In this document: piece after piece, positions 62,035-64,000 of the stretch
Numbering within the stretch: the stretch's first letter is position 1
How the letters are laid out: the number at the start of each line of letters is the position of its first letter
Source of the DNA: Saccostrea echinata
Lineage: Eukaryota
DNA: 64,000 nucleotides
NCBI RefSeq assembly: GCF_033153115.1
Contig: NW_026889750.1
Span: 22,940,001 to 23,004,000 of the forward strand
Direction of reading: 5' to 3'
Notes under the pieces: model-generated
The model's input: only the letters and a program-made list of their open reading frames with translations
Told to the model about the DNA's origin: nothing
Databases searched by the model: none
Translations under genes and position numbers: made by a program

Positions 62035-63225
62035 ATGTTAAAATATTCCGTCACAAGTGATGAAGGATCGTTCTCGCCAAATCACATTCGTCACGATAAC
62101 ACAGAAACTCTAATGAAGGATACAATTGATGTTAACATAAATCCAAGATCACGTGCAAAAATGGTGATGAAAAAACGCGCAAAACACGTTCAGCGAAGAG
62201 GAACAGACCTAGCTTTGTTTCCACCAATCTCCCAAACACCTAGCAGAAAGGAAGTCATCACGCCGTATGTAAACCATATCGAGGCTGAGTCCCCGTACAT
62301 AAGCTCATTAGGTATTTCGCGTGTTCATGATGTCACGACACCATACGTTCTACATACCCAATATTCAAAACACGATGGAACATCTCCTGTGCAAAAGGAA
62401 TATACGAGAGTGTCCAATATTTCTCGTAACAATGCTGGGACTCCACAAAATCAACCACAGCATAATATAGTTGAAGTAACTAGAATTAGAAAAGACCAAT
62501 CGTTTTCCCATGAGAGTATTAATAAAGTCGGTGGCTCCTCTCCCTTTATAGAAAGACGATCACGGTTAGAACATAGACGAAAACTAGCTAAAGAGAATTC
62601 GAATCAACAGGCTGCAAAGAACCATGTTCAAGAGAATAACAAAAACGCAAAGTTACAGGTTCAAAGTAATCAAATGGGACTTGTGCAAAGGACCGAGAGA
62701 CATAAATCTTTCCATGATTACAGCCGAGCAAGAAACGAGGAACAATTTTCTATAAGGAAAAAGATAGAGCAGTTCCGAAAATGGCACGAGGAGCAATATA
62801 AGGACAAATTGAAGAAACTGAAAGAAGAGGTGGATAATCAATATGAAGTGGAAAACCGTAAAGCTCAAACGTCTAGAGTGGGAAGCCACACCCCACAAGG
62901 CAACATCTCAGTGGAGAAGAAAGATCGACTAGAAAAGAAAGCAAAAGCAGAACCGCATCAACAGTCGTCTTCCAGTGGCCACACTCCGCTTTTGAATGGA
63001 GGAAATTTGCCCAGTTGTTCTGTCGATGAAAAAGCGAGTTCCGAACGGACTTGGCACACGTGGCGTGACGTCAATGACTCATATGCGTACACAAACGTTA
63101 AACAGTACATTGAAGAGAACGAACTTATGACGACCGAGAAAGAGGATTGGATTAAAAAGTGGGTTATTGAGGTCGACAACGCGATGATGATGAAATTAGA
63201 GGACGAAGGGCAATTACAAGTTTGA
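62035..63225 (+). CDS. Uncharacterised protein (~396 aa), single coding exon, largely disordered with a coiled coil and a helical C-terminal segment
   Basis: 1.2-kb ORF, richer in GC than its flanks; upstream exon ~61722-61775 (TTTTGCAG.../GTAAGT) and acceptor at ~61940 suggest a spliced 5' UTR; AATAAA at ~63686. Confidence 0.8.
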   Translation: MLKYSVTSDEGSFSPNHIRHDNTETLMKDTIDVNINPRSRAKMVMKKRAKHVQRRGTDLALFPPISQTPSRKEVITPYVNHIEAESPYISSLGISRVHDVTTPYVLHTQYSKHDGTSPVQKEYTRVSNISRNNAGTPQNQPQHNIVEVTRIRKDQSFSHESINKVGGSSPFIERRSRLEHRRKLAKENSNQQAAKNHVQENNKNAKLQVQSNQMGLVQRTERHKSFHDYSRARNEEQFSIRKKIEQFRKWHEEQYKDKLKKLKEEVDNQYEVENRKAQTSRVGSHTPQGNISVEKKDRLEKKAKAEPHQQSSSSGHTPLLNGGNLPSCSVDEKASSERTWHTWRDVNDSYAYTNVKQYIEENELMTTEKEDWIKKWVIEVDNAMMMKLEDEGQLQV

Positions 63226-64000
63226 TCACCTTAGAATTTTAGATCAAAGCAATCTGTGATATTTAATTGTTAAGCTTTTGACCCACTGATCTCTGATGGA
63301 AGAACCCATTTTGCCATCAATCTTAAACACAGTATTATTTTATTCTAGACAGAGGGATTTATTTAAGACAAAGTTTTCATTGCAAATTATAGTGGTGCAA
63401 TTTTCAACACCCCGTGCTAAGAATTTGTGATATTTGGTGTTATTCTTGGCCACATTCAACACGAGAATTTGTGGCCCTTCATGTAACAATTAAGAATAAT
63501 TTATTATTTAGCACGTAAGTAAAAATCTAAGGGAATTTTATTTCATCGTTACTGTGCTTGGAAACAACGAAAGTTATGTTTTAAACCGCACTGAGGTAGC
63601 ACGCACACCTCAAGTTCTCTACTTCAGATGCATGTGAAATTATTGAAATTATTGAGTTTGTTTATATATGACTTAATTGTTAAATAAATAAATGTTTGCA
63701 CGAGTTGGAAGTTTTTTGTCACAGCTATTGATATAACTTTGTAACCGGTATATACTTCTTTCATTACTTTAAAACATTAAGACAAGTTTACAAATTTGAA
63801 TTTTTTCAGGGTCCCAAAACATCTTTGGGATGATATCAAATACACTCTTGAATCTAATATCTAGTTAATGAATGGTGCCTAGGTAAATCTATGATAGTCC
63901 AAATATAGTAAGGTTTCATAATAATTCAAAAATATGAATACGTATTTATTCAGATATCTATTATGTAAGTTAAGCAGTGAAATATAAAGTACATGAAACA

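Overview
AT-rich, intron-containing animal DNA, most likely an oyster (Ostreidae), judged from the Helentron/HINE-type elements with ~166-bp satellite arrays and the SINE fragment. Host genes reconstructed by hand: an intronless small heat-shock protein, an orphan single-pass membrane ORF, a divergent clathrin light chain / TBCEL pair, a divergent SNRNP25 / POLR3K pair (head-to-head as in human 16p13.3) and an orphan ~400-aa ORF. The most notable structure is an 11.6-kb TIR-bounded pogo/Fot-like DNA transposon (19438-30995, TA target site). It encodes an apparently intact 7-exon, 600-aa DD35D transposase and, just upstream, a stand-alone HIRAN-domain protein. This element lies in a six-level nest with recognisable ends: HINE > Helitron > Zator-type MITE > pogo element > foldback > Kolobok-type MITE. 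All exon structures and TE family assignments were read by eye; no searches were run.
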